Shown here one piece after another: positions 10,342-19,753 of a DNA stretch of 64,000 nt. Origin of the DNA: an uncultured Verrucomicrobiales bacterium (GTDB taxonomy: Bacteria > Verrucomicrobiota > Verrucomicrobiia > Verrucomicrobiales > CAZUPP01); assembly GCA_964622095.1 (NCBI GenBank), contig CAZUPP010000008.1, positions 15,773 to 79,772 on the forward strand. The letters are read 5' to 3'. Below the pieces are notes generated by a model. The model was not told the origin of the DNA. It saw only the letters and a list, made by a program, of their open reading frames with translations, and ran no database searches. Position 1 is the stretch's first letter. Each line of letters starts with the position of its first letter. The translations under genes were made by a program, and so were the position numbers.

Positions 10342-10410
10342 GACGGAGGCACCTGCGGAACGATCAATTCTTGCCAGAGGCAGCCAACGGCGTTAACGAC
10401 TCAACGCTCG

Positions 10411-10439
10411 ATCAATCAATCAACGTCGTTCGTTCGTTC
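10411..10439. repeat. two adjacent tetranucleotide micro-repeats, (ATCA)x3 and (TCGT)x3
   Basis: atcaatcaatca-acg-tcgttcgttcgttc, ending 2 nt before the TolC-family ATG at 10442. Confidence 0.9.
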
Positions 10440-10441
10440 TC

Positions 10442-11872
10442 ATGCGCGTCCTGCCCTGCCCTGTCACCGCTTTTACAGCCGGTCTTGTCCTCGGTTTCTG
10501 CCATTCCGCCACCGCTGGAGAATCCGCTGCTGAGACCTCTTCATGGCAAGGCGGCCAAGAGATCCGCCTGGATGCTCTGACCCTGGAAGACGCGCTTATC
10601 CTTGCCGTGCGGGAGAATTTTGCAATCCGCCGCGCCCGGGAGTCCATTAGCTTCCAGCGCGCCCGCGTGAGTGAAGCGCGTGGGCTGCTCCTGCCGCAGG
10701 TCACTGCGCAGGGATCAGCGTCAACCGTGGAGGAATCCCGGGTTGCCAACTTTGGGCCCCTGGTCACGCAGGATCTGGACGACTGGAGAGTAACGATGGA
10801 GGCCGCCCAGACCATCTTTGCCGGCGGTTCGAATTGGAACACGCTGAAACGCGAGCTGGAGCTGCTGGCTCAGAGCAGTGCTCAATTGCGCGCAGAAATG
10901 AACAACACCGTCTTCAATGTGAAGCAGCTCTTTTACGACGTCCTGCTCAACGAGACGCAGATCGTCGTGCAGGAGCAGCTCCTAGAGTTGAGGCAAAGCG
11001 AATTTCAGGACGCGGAAGACCGGCTCGATGCCGGGGTAGGTTCTAATTTTGAGGCGCTCCGAGCCAAGGTTGCCGTAGCCAACGCCAAGCCGGATCTGAT
11101 CCGGGCGCGCAACAGCTACAAGGTTAATCTGGAGCGGCTGCGTGAAGCGATGGGGTTGCGCAATGTCGACACCAGCCGCATGCAATTGATTGGTGAGCTT
11201 CAGTTCGAAGCCTTCCCGATCAGTTCGGATGATGCCCTTGCTACCGCCTTTGGCAGCCGGCCGGAGCTAATCGCGTTTCAGGCCGCGGTCCAGGCGGGAG
11301 AACGCAATGTGAAGGTGGAGAAGGGTCAGCTCTTGCCACGGATTGAGATCTATGCAAACTACGGTTTTTTCCGCGCGCCAGAAGCGACGGAGGCCGATGT
11401 CCTGGATGGCTTCGAGATTGGCGTGCGCAGCACCTGGAACATCTGGTCAGGGGGCTCCCGGCGGGCGCGAGTCAGTCAGGCGAAAAGTGATGTGCGTGAT
11501 CTCAAGCTGCAACTGGACGAGCTTCTGCTGAACATTGAGGTCGACGTGCGCGATGCCTGGCTTTCGCTGCAGGACGCGGTGGAGCTGGTCAAAGCTTCGG
11601 AAGAGGTAGTAGTGGAAGCCGAAGAGAGTCTGCGCCTTGCACAAGCCCGCTTTGATGTGGGGGCGTCGACCCAGTTGGATGTCCTGGACGCCCAGGTATC
11701 CCTGACTGAAGCACGCACCAACCGGATCCAGGCGCTGCGGGATTACAACGTGGCAGTGGCCTCTCTGCAGACACAGATGGGTGAATTCTCTCCGGAGATC
11801 ATGACGATCCTGGAAGCGGCATTTCCCGCCACGGAACGGAACCTGCGCCGGCGCCGGGACAGCGCGGAATAG
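10442..11872 (+). CDS. TolC family outer membrane efflux protein
   Basis: Signal peptide, then LTLEDALILAVRENFAIRRA...R..EARG.LLPQV and a repeated coiled-coil/barrel architecture. 476 aa. Confidence 0.85.
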   Translation: MRVLPCPVTAFTAGLVLGFCHSATAGESAAETSSWQGGQEIRLDALTLEDALILAVRENFAIRRARESISFQRARVSEARGLLLPQVTAQGSASTVEESRVANFGPLVTQDLDDWRVTMEAAQTIFAGGSNWNTLKRELELLAQSSAQLRAEMNNTVFNVKQLFYDVLLNETQIVVQEQLLELRQSEFQDAEDRLDAGVGSNFEALRAKVAVANAKPDLIRARNSYKVNLERLREAMGLRNVDTSRMQLIGELQFEAFPISSDDALATAFGSRPELIAFQAAVQAGERNVKVEKGQLLPRIEIYANYGFFRAPEATEADVLDGFEIGVRSTWNIWSGGSRRARVSQAKSDVRDLKLQLDELLLNIEVDVRDAWLSLQDAVELVKASEEVVVEAEESLRLAQARFDVGASTQLDVLDAQVSLTEARTNRIQALRDYNVAVASLQTQMGEFSPEIMTILEAAFPATERNLRRRRDSAE

Positions 11873-11962
11873 TTTGAGGTTGAGCGTTCTGCGGATTGAC
11901 CTCGCTGCTAACCGCAGGCACTATGAAGGGGAACTCTTCCTGCATTTACCCTCATTATTGCC

Positions 11963-12157
11963 ATGACCAGCTTCTTCGGAAAACTTGTCCTGACTTTCAT
12001 CTATCTCATGACCACTTATTCCTCAGTCGTCATTTTTGAGTGGGGTCCGGAGCGGTTTATGGAAGGTTTTTTCCAGGAATACCGGAATTTCCTGCCTGGC
12101 AGTGGCGTTGACCCGGAGAACTTTGAGGAGGACGAAGATGAAGACACGCCGCTCTGA
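11963..12157 (+). CDS. small hypothetical membrane protein with an acidic tail
   Basis: 64 aa with one hydrophobic segment (KLVLTFIYLMTTYSSVVIF) and an EEDEDEDTPL tail. No homology recognised. Confidence 0.3.
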   Translation: MTSFFGKLVLTFIYLMTTYSSVVIFEWGPERFMEGFFQEYRNFLPGSGVDPENFEEDEDEDTPL

Positions 12158-12169
12158 GTAGTCTTCTCT

Positions 12170-12862
12170 TCAAGATTCCGAATGCCGGATCGCCGCTCCC
12201 GCTTCCTCAGCTTTTTCTCGGAGATCGCGGATGGCATTCCGATAGTTCGACTTGCCGAAGATTGACGTCCCCGCGACAAAGACGTTGGCACCGTGAGCGG
12301 CAGATTCGGCCGCGGACTTTTCATTGATCCCGCCATCCACCTGGATGTGAAAGTCTTTACCCAGCCGGGCCCGGGCGTGCCGTGCCGCATCGATTTTGGG
12401 TAAGGCGCTGCTGATAAAACTCTGCCCCCCGAAGCCGGGATTTACGGTCATGACCAGGAGTAAATCGATCTCCGAGAGATACGGCATGACCATATCGAAC
12501 TCTGTAGGAGGATTGAGCGCGAGCCCCGCGCCCTTCCCAGCCTGGCGGATTCGTTCGAGTGTCTCGCTTACTGCATGATCCGCTTCCACGTGAACGGTGA
12601 TGCGGTCCGCCCCGGCGCCGATGAAGTCATCCAGATAGTCGTCTGGCTTCTGGATCATGAGGTGCACGTCCAGTGGAGCTTCGGTTTGCTGCCTGACAGC
12701 TGCCACCACGGCTGGGCCGAAACTGAGGTTTGGGACAAAATGCCCGTCCATCACGTCCAGGTGCAGCCAATCTCCGCCTGCGCTGACGGCGCTGCGGGCT
12801 TCTTCTCCAATCCGCGAGAAATCACAGGCTAAGATAGAGGGCGCGATAACAATCGAATTCAT
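12170..12862 (-). CDS. rpe: ribulose-phosphate 3-epimerase
   Basis: IAPSILACDF....E.......G.DWLHLDVMDGHFVPNLSFGP, MTVNPGFGGQSF, VDGGIN. Start moved to ATG 12862 (MNSIVIAPSIL). Confidence 0.9.
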   Translation of the reverse strand: MNSIVIAPSILACDFSRIGEEARSAVSAGGDWLHLDVMDGHFVPNLSFGPAVVAAVRQQTEAPLDVHLMIQKPDDYLDDFIGAGADRITVHVEADHAVSETLERIRQAGKGAGLALNPPTEFDMVMPYLSEIDLLLVMTVNPGFGGQSFISSALPKIDAARHARARLGKDFHIQVDGGINEKSAAESAAHGANVFVAGTSIFGKSNYRNAIRDLREKAEEAGAAIRHSES

Positions 12863-13002
12863 AGGGTGATTCAGTGAGCAAGAGAGGAGTGCCAACGGAG
12901 CCTGAGGCTAGCAGGGGCAAAACTCACGCCAAGCGAAAGGTCATGCTTTTTTACTGATGATATCTCAAAGGGGCATTGCCATGGCATGTCGGATTGCGCT
13001 GA

Positions 13003-14388
13003 ATGGTCAGATTCCCAAGACCCGAATCCCACCTTTCCAAGATGCTCTTAAGCCTTTCCCATTTCCAAGATTTGCTTAAAAAAGCCATCCGCGTCCGCCA
13101 CGCGCTGGGTTATGACACGTCTGCCCTGGAAGAGGGGGCCGAGAGGGCGGCGGCGAGAGGTTATGACGCTCTCGTTGCCGTCGCCCATGAGCTGTTGAAT
13201 CGCCCGAAGCGCGAAGATTTCCCATACATTGAACCGACCGAAATCACGGCCATTCAAGCGGAGTGCGACCCCGCACGTGAGAAGGGGTTGATCGCTCGCA
13301 TTGACCGGCAAGAGGCAGCCGGACGGGTGAGCGCGGGATTTCTTGGTTCGATTTGCGGGTGTCAGCTTGGCAAACCGCTGGAGTTTTCGCCCACCTTGGC
13401 GGAACTGCGCGAGGGCTTTGAAGCGGCCGGCGAATGGCCTATCCGTGATTACGTGCCCTTGGCAGTGCTGGAGAGCATTGGCAAGCGGCATGAATCCGCC
13501 CCGGAAACGACCCGGGCAAACCTGCGCTACGCGGCGCCGGACGATGACATCAATTACACGCTGCTCGGAATGCTGGTGCTTGAGGAGCATGGCCTCGACT
13601 TCAGTCAGGCTCAACTCAAGCGGCTTTGGCTGCGGCATCTGCCGATCCCTTCGACTTGGGCTTCCGAGCGCTCGCGGATGGCCGCGGCTTCCGTGCAGTT
13701 CGCGGCAGACAGTAAGGACGAGAGCGTCGAACCGATAACCGAGTTGCTGGTATTGGGAGACTGCTGGTGCGGAGCGCAAATCCGCGCGGACGCCTATGGA
13801 TATGTGGCGCCGGGCAACCCGGAGCTGGCCGCGGCTCTGGCCTGGCGGGATGCCTCTATCACGCATATCGGTATTGGCGGCTACGCCACAATGTGGACGG
13901 CGGCAGCGATCGCGATTGCCTGCGTTATTCGCGATCCGCTCGAAGTCATCCGGCGGGCGAACCAGTATGTGCCGGGGCAGTCGCGCTTTGCGGAGGTCGC
14001 GAGGCATTGCCTGGGGCTGGTAGAATCTGCCCGGGACTGGATGGATGGCTACGAAAAGATCCATGCCGCTTACAGGCAATACGGGCACTGCATGGTTCTG
14101 CAGGAGACGGGCACCCTTATGAACACCTTGCGCTTTGCCCAAGACGTGGGGGACGGCATCTGTCTCCAGGTAATGCAGGGAAATGACACCGACAGCTATG
14201 GCGCAACGGCCGGAGCCATGTTGGGTTGCCTTTTCGGCCCGGGCCATCTGGAAGAGCGCTGGCTGGCACCAATAAATGACACCATCCATACGACTCTGGC
14301 TGATCTTCATGAGCAACGCCTCAGCGCCCTTGCCCGCAGGATCGCGAAGTTGCCGGAGTTGAGTCTGAGCGCTCAACCACCAGGTTAG
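13003..14388 (+). CDS. ADP-ribosylglycohydrolase family protein
   Basis: AAPDDDINYTLLG and QGNDTDSYGATAGAMLG are the two metal-binding Asp motifs of the ARH/DraG family. An alternative start is ATG 13042. Confidence 0.8.
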   Translation: MVRFPRPESHLSKMLLSLSHFQDLLKKAIRVRHALGYDTSALEEGAERAAARGYDALVAVAHELLNRPKREDFPYIEPTEITAIQAECDPAREKGLIARIDRQEAAGRVSAGFLGSICGCQLGKPLEFSPTLAELREGFEAAGEWPIRDYVPLAVLESIGKRHESAPETTRANLRYAAPDDDINYTLLGMLVLEEHGLDFSQAQLKRLWLRHLPIPSTWASERSRMAAASVQFAADSKDESVEPITELLVLGDCWCGAQIRADAYGYVAPGNPELAAALAWRDASITHIGIGGYATMWTAAAIAIACVIRDPLEVIRRANQYVPGQSRFAEVARHCLGLVESARDWMDGYEKIHAAYRQYGHCMVLQETGTLMNTLRFAQDVGDGICLQVMQGNDTDSYGATAGAMLGCLFGPGHLEERWLAPINDTIHTTLADLHEQRLSALARRIAKLPELSLSAQPPG

Positions 14389-14657
14389 TTTTCATTTTCA
14401 CTACGCCTCATAAGAAAACGGACCGCCGACCAGAGTCCGGCGAACTTGTAGCGGTCGTCGATATATTTTTCGATGACGTAAAAGGCGAAGTAATAAGCGC
14501 GGCAAAAGCCAAAAATGGTGGCGGTCAGTAAACCGGCGGTAATCCAGCCGGGATAGAGCAGGAGGAGAAGAGCGGCCGCGAAGAGCCCGCAGAAAAGCAT
14601 GAGGATGCCTTTGAGAATGAGAAGGCGCGGGCTTGTGATATCGTCGGTGAGGCGCAT
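14385..14657 (-). CDS. small two-TM membrane protein
   Basis: 90 aa (MRLTDDITSPRLLILKGILMLFCGLFAAALLLLLYPGWITAGLLTATIFGF...). The 275-aa ORF-track version runs antisense through the nifS-like gene, so I rejected it. Confidence 0.5.
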   Translation of the reverse strand: MRLTDDITSPRLLILKGILMLFCGLFAAALLLLLYPGWITAGLLTATIFGFCRAYYFAFYVIEKYIDDRYKFAGLWSAVRFLMRRSENEN

Positions 14658-14675
14658 AACGTAAGTTTTAATGAG

Positions 14676-15860
14676 GTGATCTATCTGGACAACAATTCGA
14701 CCACCGCCGTTGCGCCGGAAGTTGCTGAAGCGATGGAGCCGTATCTGGCGGATGGACGTTACGGGAACCCATCCAGTCCCTACCGCTTCGGCCAGGAAGC
14801 AGCCGCGGCGCTGACGCAGGCGCGCCAGCAAGTGGCGAGGCTGATCGGGGCGAATCCGGAGATGGAGCGTGAGGTGATTTTCACCAGTTGCGCGAGCGAG
14901 TCGATCACCAGCGTTTTCCGCTCGGCGGTTCGTCTGTTCCCGGAGCGCAAACGCCTTGTGGTCAGCGCGGTGGAGCACGCCATCACGCTCAATCTCTGTG
15001 AAGAGCTGGAAACGGAACTGGATTATCGGGTCACCCGGGTGCCGGTGGATGGCAGCGGGCACCTCGACATCGAGGCTCTGGAGACAGCGCTGAATGATAA
15101 AGATGACCCGCCCGCTCTGGCATCTATCATGTGGGCGAACAATGAGACGGGCGTTATCTTTCCGGTGCAGCGGATTTCCGAGCTTTGCCGGGGGGCGGGG
15201 GTGCCCCTGCACTGCGATGCCGTGCAGGCCGTGGGTAAATTGCCAGTTAACGTGAGTGCTCTCCCGGGAATCAGCTACCTATCGCTGAGCGGACATAAAA
15301 TGCATGCTCCAAAGGGAATTGGAGCTCTCTATATCAGCCGCCGCAGCCGCTATAAACCCCTCTTACCCGGCAGCCAGCAGAGCAACCGCCGGGCAGGCAC
15401 AGAAAACATGGCGTCCATCGTGGGATTTGGAAAAGCGGCGGAAATGGCGGTGGACGGGTTGAAGAGCGGAAAAATGGAGCGAGTGGCAGAGCTTCGTGAC
15501 GAACTGGAGAAAGGAATTCTACAGAATATCAGGGACACCGAGATCATTGGAGGAGCGAAGGGGGCAGAACGGATTCCCAATACAGCCAAGGTATTGATCT
15601 ATGGCGCTGAGGCGGAGGGTCTGCTCATGATGCTGGATCAGGCCGGAATCAACGTCTCAACGGGATCGGCCTGCACGACGGGATCGCTGGGGCCTTCGCA
15701 TGTTCTGACGGCGATGGGACTAAGCGAAAAGGAAGCAAAAAGCTGCCTGCGCTTGAGCCTGAGCCGGTTTACGACACGCGAAGAAATCTATGAAGTGCTG
15801 GAAATACTTCCCGGGCTAGTCGAGCGAATGCGCGCTCTTTTTGCGGGAGCGGCAAAGTGA
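14676..15860 (+). CDS. cysteine desulfurase, NifS/IscS family (PLP-dependent)
   Basis: IYLDNNSTT, GNPSS.Y..G, FTSCASES and SLSGHKMHAPKGIGALY (PLP-binding Lys). GTG start. Confidence 0.9.
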   Translation: MIYLDNNSTTAVAPEVAEAMEPYLADGRYGNPSSPYRFGQEAAAALTQARQQVARLIGANPEMEREVIFTSCASESITSVFRSAVRLFPERKRLVVSAVEHAITLNLCEELETELDYRVTRVPVDGSGHLDIEALETALNDKDDPPALASIMWANNETGVIFPVQRISELCRGAGVPLHCDAVQAVGKLPVNVSALPGISYLSLSGHKMHAPKGIGALYISRRSRYKPLLPGSQQSNRRAGTENMASIVGFGKAAEMAVDGLKSGKMERVAELRDELEKGILQNIRDTEIIGGAKGAERIPNTAKVLIYGAEAEGLLMMLDQAGINVSTGSACTTGSLGPSHVLTAMGLSEKEAKSCLRLSLSRFTTREEIYEVLEILPGLVERMRALFAGAAK

Positions 15861-15920
15861 GGGCCTGCCGTAGAAATTATTCCCGGCGGAATACCCCGCA
15901 TAAGGTTCGCTCATGGGAAC

Positions 15921-17366
15921 ATGAAGAGCGATTGCCCATCCTGTTGTGAAAACTACCGGGCGTTACAGCCGCTGGTAAGACACTGGCGGATTTTTGCCAT
16001 CACCGGTCTGGTCGTGATTTTGACTGGCTTTTTCTTTGCTCAAGCCTCCCCGGGGACGGAAATCAATTCCCGTCAGGTGGAAAAGGAGGTGGAGAAAGTA
16101 TTGCAACTGACTTTCCGCAATCCCGGCGTGCGTGCGGATGCGATTGACTGGATTCAGGATAATCACCGCCCGGAAATGGCTGGTATGCTTCTGCAGGCCT
16201 ACCGGTTTACAGACACGCCCACCCGAGATGCCATCGCCGCTATTCTCACCAAGTCAGCCGGGAAAACCTATGGAGATTCCTGGGCGGACTGGATGCAATG
16301 GCTCTGGACGGAAGAACCGGCCCAGCATCCACATATGGCGGAGTTCATGGGACGTCTGCATGAACCGATCGATAAAAGGTTCACAGATTATTTTGATGAT
16401 AATCCTCCCAGTCGAATTCGGTTGGATGAAATTGTCTGGGGCGGCGTCCAGCAGGATGGAATTCCGCCCTTGCGCCGGCCGAAGATGATCAGTGTGCAGG
16501 AGGCCGATGAGTGGCTGGAGCACGATCACGTGGTTTTCGGGATCGAGGTAGAGGGCGATGTCCGCGCGTATCCGAAGCGCATTCTGGCCTGGCACGAAAT
16601 GTTTGTCGACAAGGTGGGCGGAGAGAATGTTGCCGGAGTGTATTGTACTCTATGCGGATCCATGATCCTTTACAAAACGGAGGTAGATGGGCGTAAACAC
16701 GAGGTCGGGACCAGTGGATTTTTGTACCGGTCCAATAAACTGATGTATGACAAACGCACTTCAACACTCTGGAATACCCTCACGGGTGAACCGGTGGTCG
16801 GACCTCTGGTAGGGAAGGGGATCGCACTGGAACGGTTAAGTGTTGTCACGACGAGCTGGGTTGAATGGCGGAGGCGACATCCCGAGACGCAGGTTCTTTC
16901 TCTCGAGACTGGCCACCAGCGAGACTATGGCGAAGGCGTGGCGTATCGCGACTACTTTGCAAACGATAGCCTGATGTTTCCCGTGCCGGATCGCGATCAA
17001 CGTCTTAACAATAAATCAGAAGTTCTCGCGCTGCGTTTTCCGGATCAACCGAAGATAAGACCGATCGCGCATGCAAGCAGTTTTCTCCGCGGCAATCCGG
17101 TGTATCAGGGAAAAGCGGGTCGAGTCAATTATGTTATCCTCACGGACAAAAGCGGAGCAAGCAGGGTGTATGAAACGAAGGAAGAAAGATTCACTTCCTG
17201 GGATCAGGATCAAACGGCCAAGGACGAGAGCGGAACCATTTGGAAGGTTACCGAAGCGGGTTTAATCGGTCCGAATGATCAGAGGTTGCCCCGGCTACCG
17301 GCCCACCGCGCTTTCTGGTTCGGATGGCACGCGCAGTATCCGGAGACACATTTAGTGGGATCATAG
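15921..17366 (+). CDS. DUF3179 domain-containing protein with an N-terminal TM anchor
   Basis: DGIPPLRRPKMISVQEA...VVFGIEVEGDVRAYP..ILAWHEM..D.VGG....V.YCTLCGS...Y......GTSGFLYRSNKLMYD..T.TLW matches DUF3179 as I remember it. Confidence 0.8.
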   Translation: MKSDCPSCCENYRALQPLVRHWRIFAITGLVVILTGFFFAQASPGTEINSRQVEKEVEKVLQLTFRNPGVRADAIDWIQDNHRPEMAGMLLQAYRFTDTPTRDAIAAILTKSAGKTYGDSWADWMQWLWTEEPAQHPHMAEFMGRLHEPIDKRFTDYFDDNPPSRIRLDEIVWGGVQQDGIPPLRRPKMISVQEADEWLEHDHVVFGIEVEGDVRAYPKRILAWHEMFVDKVGGENVAGVYCTLCGSMILYKTEVDGRKHEVGTSGFLYRSNKLMYDKRTSTLWNTLTGEPVVGPLVGKGIALERLSVVTTSWVEWRRRHPETQVLSLETGHQRDYGEGVAYRDYFANDSLMFPVPDRDQRLNNKSEVLALRFPDQPKIRPIAHASSFLRGNPVYQGKAGRVNYVILTDKSGASRVYETKEERFTSWDQDQTAKDESGTIWKVTEAGLIGPNDQRLPRLPAHRAFWFGWHAQYPETHLVGS

Positions 17367-17587
17367 TGGTTGTTTTGCGGAGGGGCGTGTTGCAAATAAA
17401 GTGGCGAGTGATGAAAAATGCATGTCTCTGGAAGAGTGCGTTCGGCACCGGGAAAAAGTCGGGCCGATTCTAAAGGAAATCGAGAAACGGGAACTGCAAT
17501 CGCTGACTCTTGGGGAATCCCAACCGCGCGCCGCGGCCGGTTTATCATTTCATCCTGATCGCGTCTGGATTCCTCCGGAGCGAGTTA

Positions 17588-18943
17588 TCAGCTTCTCGCT
17601 TCCGCTTGCGTCACGACCCGCTGAAAACCTCCGGTAGGTTCAGCGTGCGGCCGAATTTCCGGTTCTCGTTCTCCCGCTTCGCGCATGCGGCGTAGCAACC
17701 GTTCACGCATGATGGAACGGACTTCCGCGTGCGAATTCATCCTAATCAGGTTCGTCAATTCATAAGGATCAGCTTCCAGGTCATAAAGAAATGCTTCTTC
17801 ATAAACGGGCGACCAATCCTGCGGAAATTTTCCATTCTCGTCGCTTGGCGCGGACACACTATATTTCCAGCGCTGGGTGCGCACGGCGCGGCCATTCTCC
17901 GCTTCGCTGATCTGCACGAAAATCTCTTCCGGCCAATCGGCTTCGTGACTACGGCGGCTGTCCAGCAGGGGAGTGATGGAGCGGCCCTGCATCTCTTCAG
18001 GAACGGGAATACCAGCGCCATCCAGCAAGGTAGGGGGAAGGTCGACCAGACTCACGAGATGATCCACCGTGCCGCCGCCGTTGAACCCCGGACCCATTAT
18101 TGCGGTGGGGACGCGGATGGAACTCTCATGACAGGACCGTTTATATTCGCTATTTCGTGTCTTGAAATGGCACCCATGATCTGAGGTGAAAAGAATGATT
18201 GTATTGTCCTGCATATCCAGGCTCTTGAGGGCATCCATGAGCCGGCCGAGAGCCTCGTCCAGACGCTTAACCATACCATAGTAACCGCCGAGATGCTGCT
18301 GAGTTGAGCCGCTGAGCGCAGCCAGATCCGGTGGAACCCACCGGTTGGCATAACGTTCCCGGTAACCATCCGGCGGCGGATAATCGTCCAGATGATTCTG
18401 GTGGTGGGGTTCCAGATAAGAAATAAAGAGAAAAAAAGGATCATTCTGATGCCGATTTATATATTGGATGGCCGCATCCGTCTGGCCGTCCACTCGGTAC
18501 CCTGGCATCTTAACGGGCTGTCCGTCATTGTCATGGAGGACGCAATCATAGTAATTCGAAGTGAATTCCAGGACATTGGACCCCAGCCAGAATTCATAAC
18601 CGCCACGTTCTTCCTCGGGCACAATCGTATTTTCAGCCAGGTGCCATTTTCCAATGTAGCCAGTGGTGTATCCGGCTGACTTAAAATAATGTGCCAGCGT
18701 GCGGGAATCCCGCCGGAGCGGGATCCCATTGGTGTAGCAGCCGGTGGTGGTGGCATATTGGCCGGTCTGCAGGCAGGAGCGGGCGGGCCCGCAAACCGGC
18801 TGGCAGGTAAACATTCTTGAAAGATGGGTACCGCGTTGCGCCATCCGGTCAAAATTCGGCATCAAATCCAGCGGATTGCCGTGCAGCCCGGAGCAATCCC
18901 ACCTCTGCTGGTCCGTGAAGAAGACGATGACGTTTGGCTTCAT
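17588..18943 (-). CDS. sulfatase (arylsulfatase A family), no signal peptide
   Basis: MKPNVIVFFTDQQR and the CGPARSCLQTGQY motif (C-x-P-x-R formylglycine site). SDHG and GKWH are present. Start moved to ATG 18943; the 603-aa ORF-track version overlaps the divergent heme oxygenase gene. Confidence 0.85.
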   Translation of the reverse strand: MKPNVIVFFTDQQRWDCSGLHGNPLDLMPNFDRMAQRGTHLSRMFTCQPVCGPARSCLQTGQYATTTGCYTNGIPLRRDSRTLAHYFKSAGYTTGYIGKWHLAENTIVPEEERGGYEFWLGSNVLEFTSNYYDCVLHDNDGQPVKMPGYRVDGQTDAAIQYINRHQNDPFFLFISYLEPHHQNHLDDYPPPDGYRERYANRWVPPDLAALSGSTQQHLGGYYGMVKRLDEALGRLMDALKSLDMQDNTIILFTSDHGCHFKTRNSEYKRSCHESSIRVPTAIMGPGFNGGGTVDHLVSLVDLPPTLLDGAGIPVPEEMQGRSITPLLDSRRSHEADWPEEIFVQISEAENGRAVRTQRWKYSVSAPSDENGKFPQDWSPVYEEAFLYDLEADPYELTNLIRMNSHAEVRSIMRERLLRRMREAGEREPEIRPHAEPTGGFQRVVTQAEARS

Positions 18944-19033
18944 AAAGACCGATGCTAGATGGCCGCCCGAGCATAACGCAATCAGGAATTTTGAAGGTGG
19001 CAGGCGGTTGATTGAAATGCTATAGAAACCGCT

Positions 19034-19753
19034 ATGACGGGGCAGTCGGCAGGTGAGGCGCAGACGAATCGGGGGTCGATACATGAGCAGATAACCGAGG
19101 CCACGCGGGAGCTGCATGATCAGGCGCACCGCCACCCCTTTATGATTGCTCTGACCGAGGGCGCTTTGGAGCCAGAGCTCTACGCGGCCTATTTGGCCCG
19201 TTTGGGAATTGTCTATCGCGCTCTGGACGACGCGGTACGCATCGCCTTGGACAATGGATCGCTTTTGCGTGCCTTGAAGCTGGACAGCCGGCTGGCGCGC
19301 AGTCAGGCGATCGCCAGTGATCTTCAACTTCTCGCCAACAGTCACGGCGCGGCGCTGAAGCTGATGGAGCGGGCCGCCCTTGAGTCGCGGGCTGCCCAAG
19401 ATTACTCCAGGCAGATCACGAAACTAGCCGGGCAGGATGAATGGGAATGGCGGCTCGCGGCGCATGCCTATGTGCGCTATTTTGCGGAACTGGCTGGTGG
19501 CTCTGCATTGAAGATTATCGTCGAGCGTATTTATGGTCCACAATTCGGGAATGTCACCGCGGTTTACCGTTTCGCGGAGATCGAAGACAAGCTTACTTAC
19601 CGCAGAGCATTTCGCGAGAAACTGGAGACCGCTGCCCGCGAAGCCGAATTACGCTTGAGCGCAGCCATGGTCGAGGAATCCCAGAAAGCCTTTGCCTTAA
19701 ATTTACAATTGTTCGATGAAATGCATCAGGTGATGTTTGAAAGGGAAAGATGA
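19034..19753 (+). CDS. heme oxygenase (HmuO/HO-1 family)
   Basis: ATRELHDQAHRHPFM (proximal His region), AHAYVRYFAELAGGSALKII (compare HxYVRYLGDLSGGQ) and VYRFAEIEDKLTYRRAFREKL. Confidence 0.8.
   Translation: MTGQSAGEAQTNRGSIHEQITEATRELHDQAHRHPFMIALTEGALEPELYAAYLARLGIVYRALDDAVRIALDNGSLLRALKLDSRLARSQAIASDLQLLANSHGAALKLMERAALESRAAQDYSRQITKLAGQDEWEWRLAAHAYVRYFAELAGGSALKIIVERIYGPQFGNVTAVYRFAEIEDKLTYRRAFREKLETAAREAELRLSAAMVEESQKAFALNLQLFDEMHQVMFERER

Noticed and set aside
13048-14376. 442-aa ORF antisense to the ADP-ribosylglycohydrolase gene
   Set aside because: It is Arg/Gly/Pro-rich with no recognisable motifs. The + strand ORF carries clear ARH family motifs. This is a typical shadow ORF of a GC-rich gene.
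14385-15212. Full 275-aa version of the minus-strand ORF
   Set aside because: Everything upstream of MRLTDD runs antisense through the NifS-like gene and is Arg/His/Gln-rich junk. I kept the 90-aa membrane protein.
17401-17637. 78-aa + strand ORF in the gap between DUF3179 and the sulfatase
   Set aside because: It has a GTG start and no recognisable domain, and its last 50 nt overlap the sulfatase 3' end. Evidence is insufficient to call it.
18944-19399. N-terminal 152-aa extension of the sulfatase ORF
   Set aside because: It overlaps the divergent heme oxygenase gene and has no signal-peptide or domain character. The sulfatase domain begins exactly at the Met at 18943.
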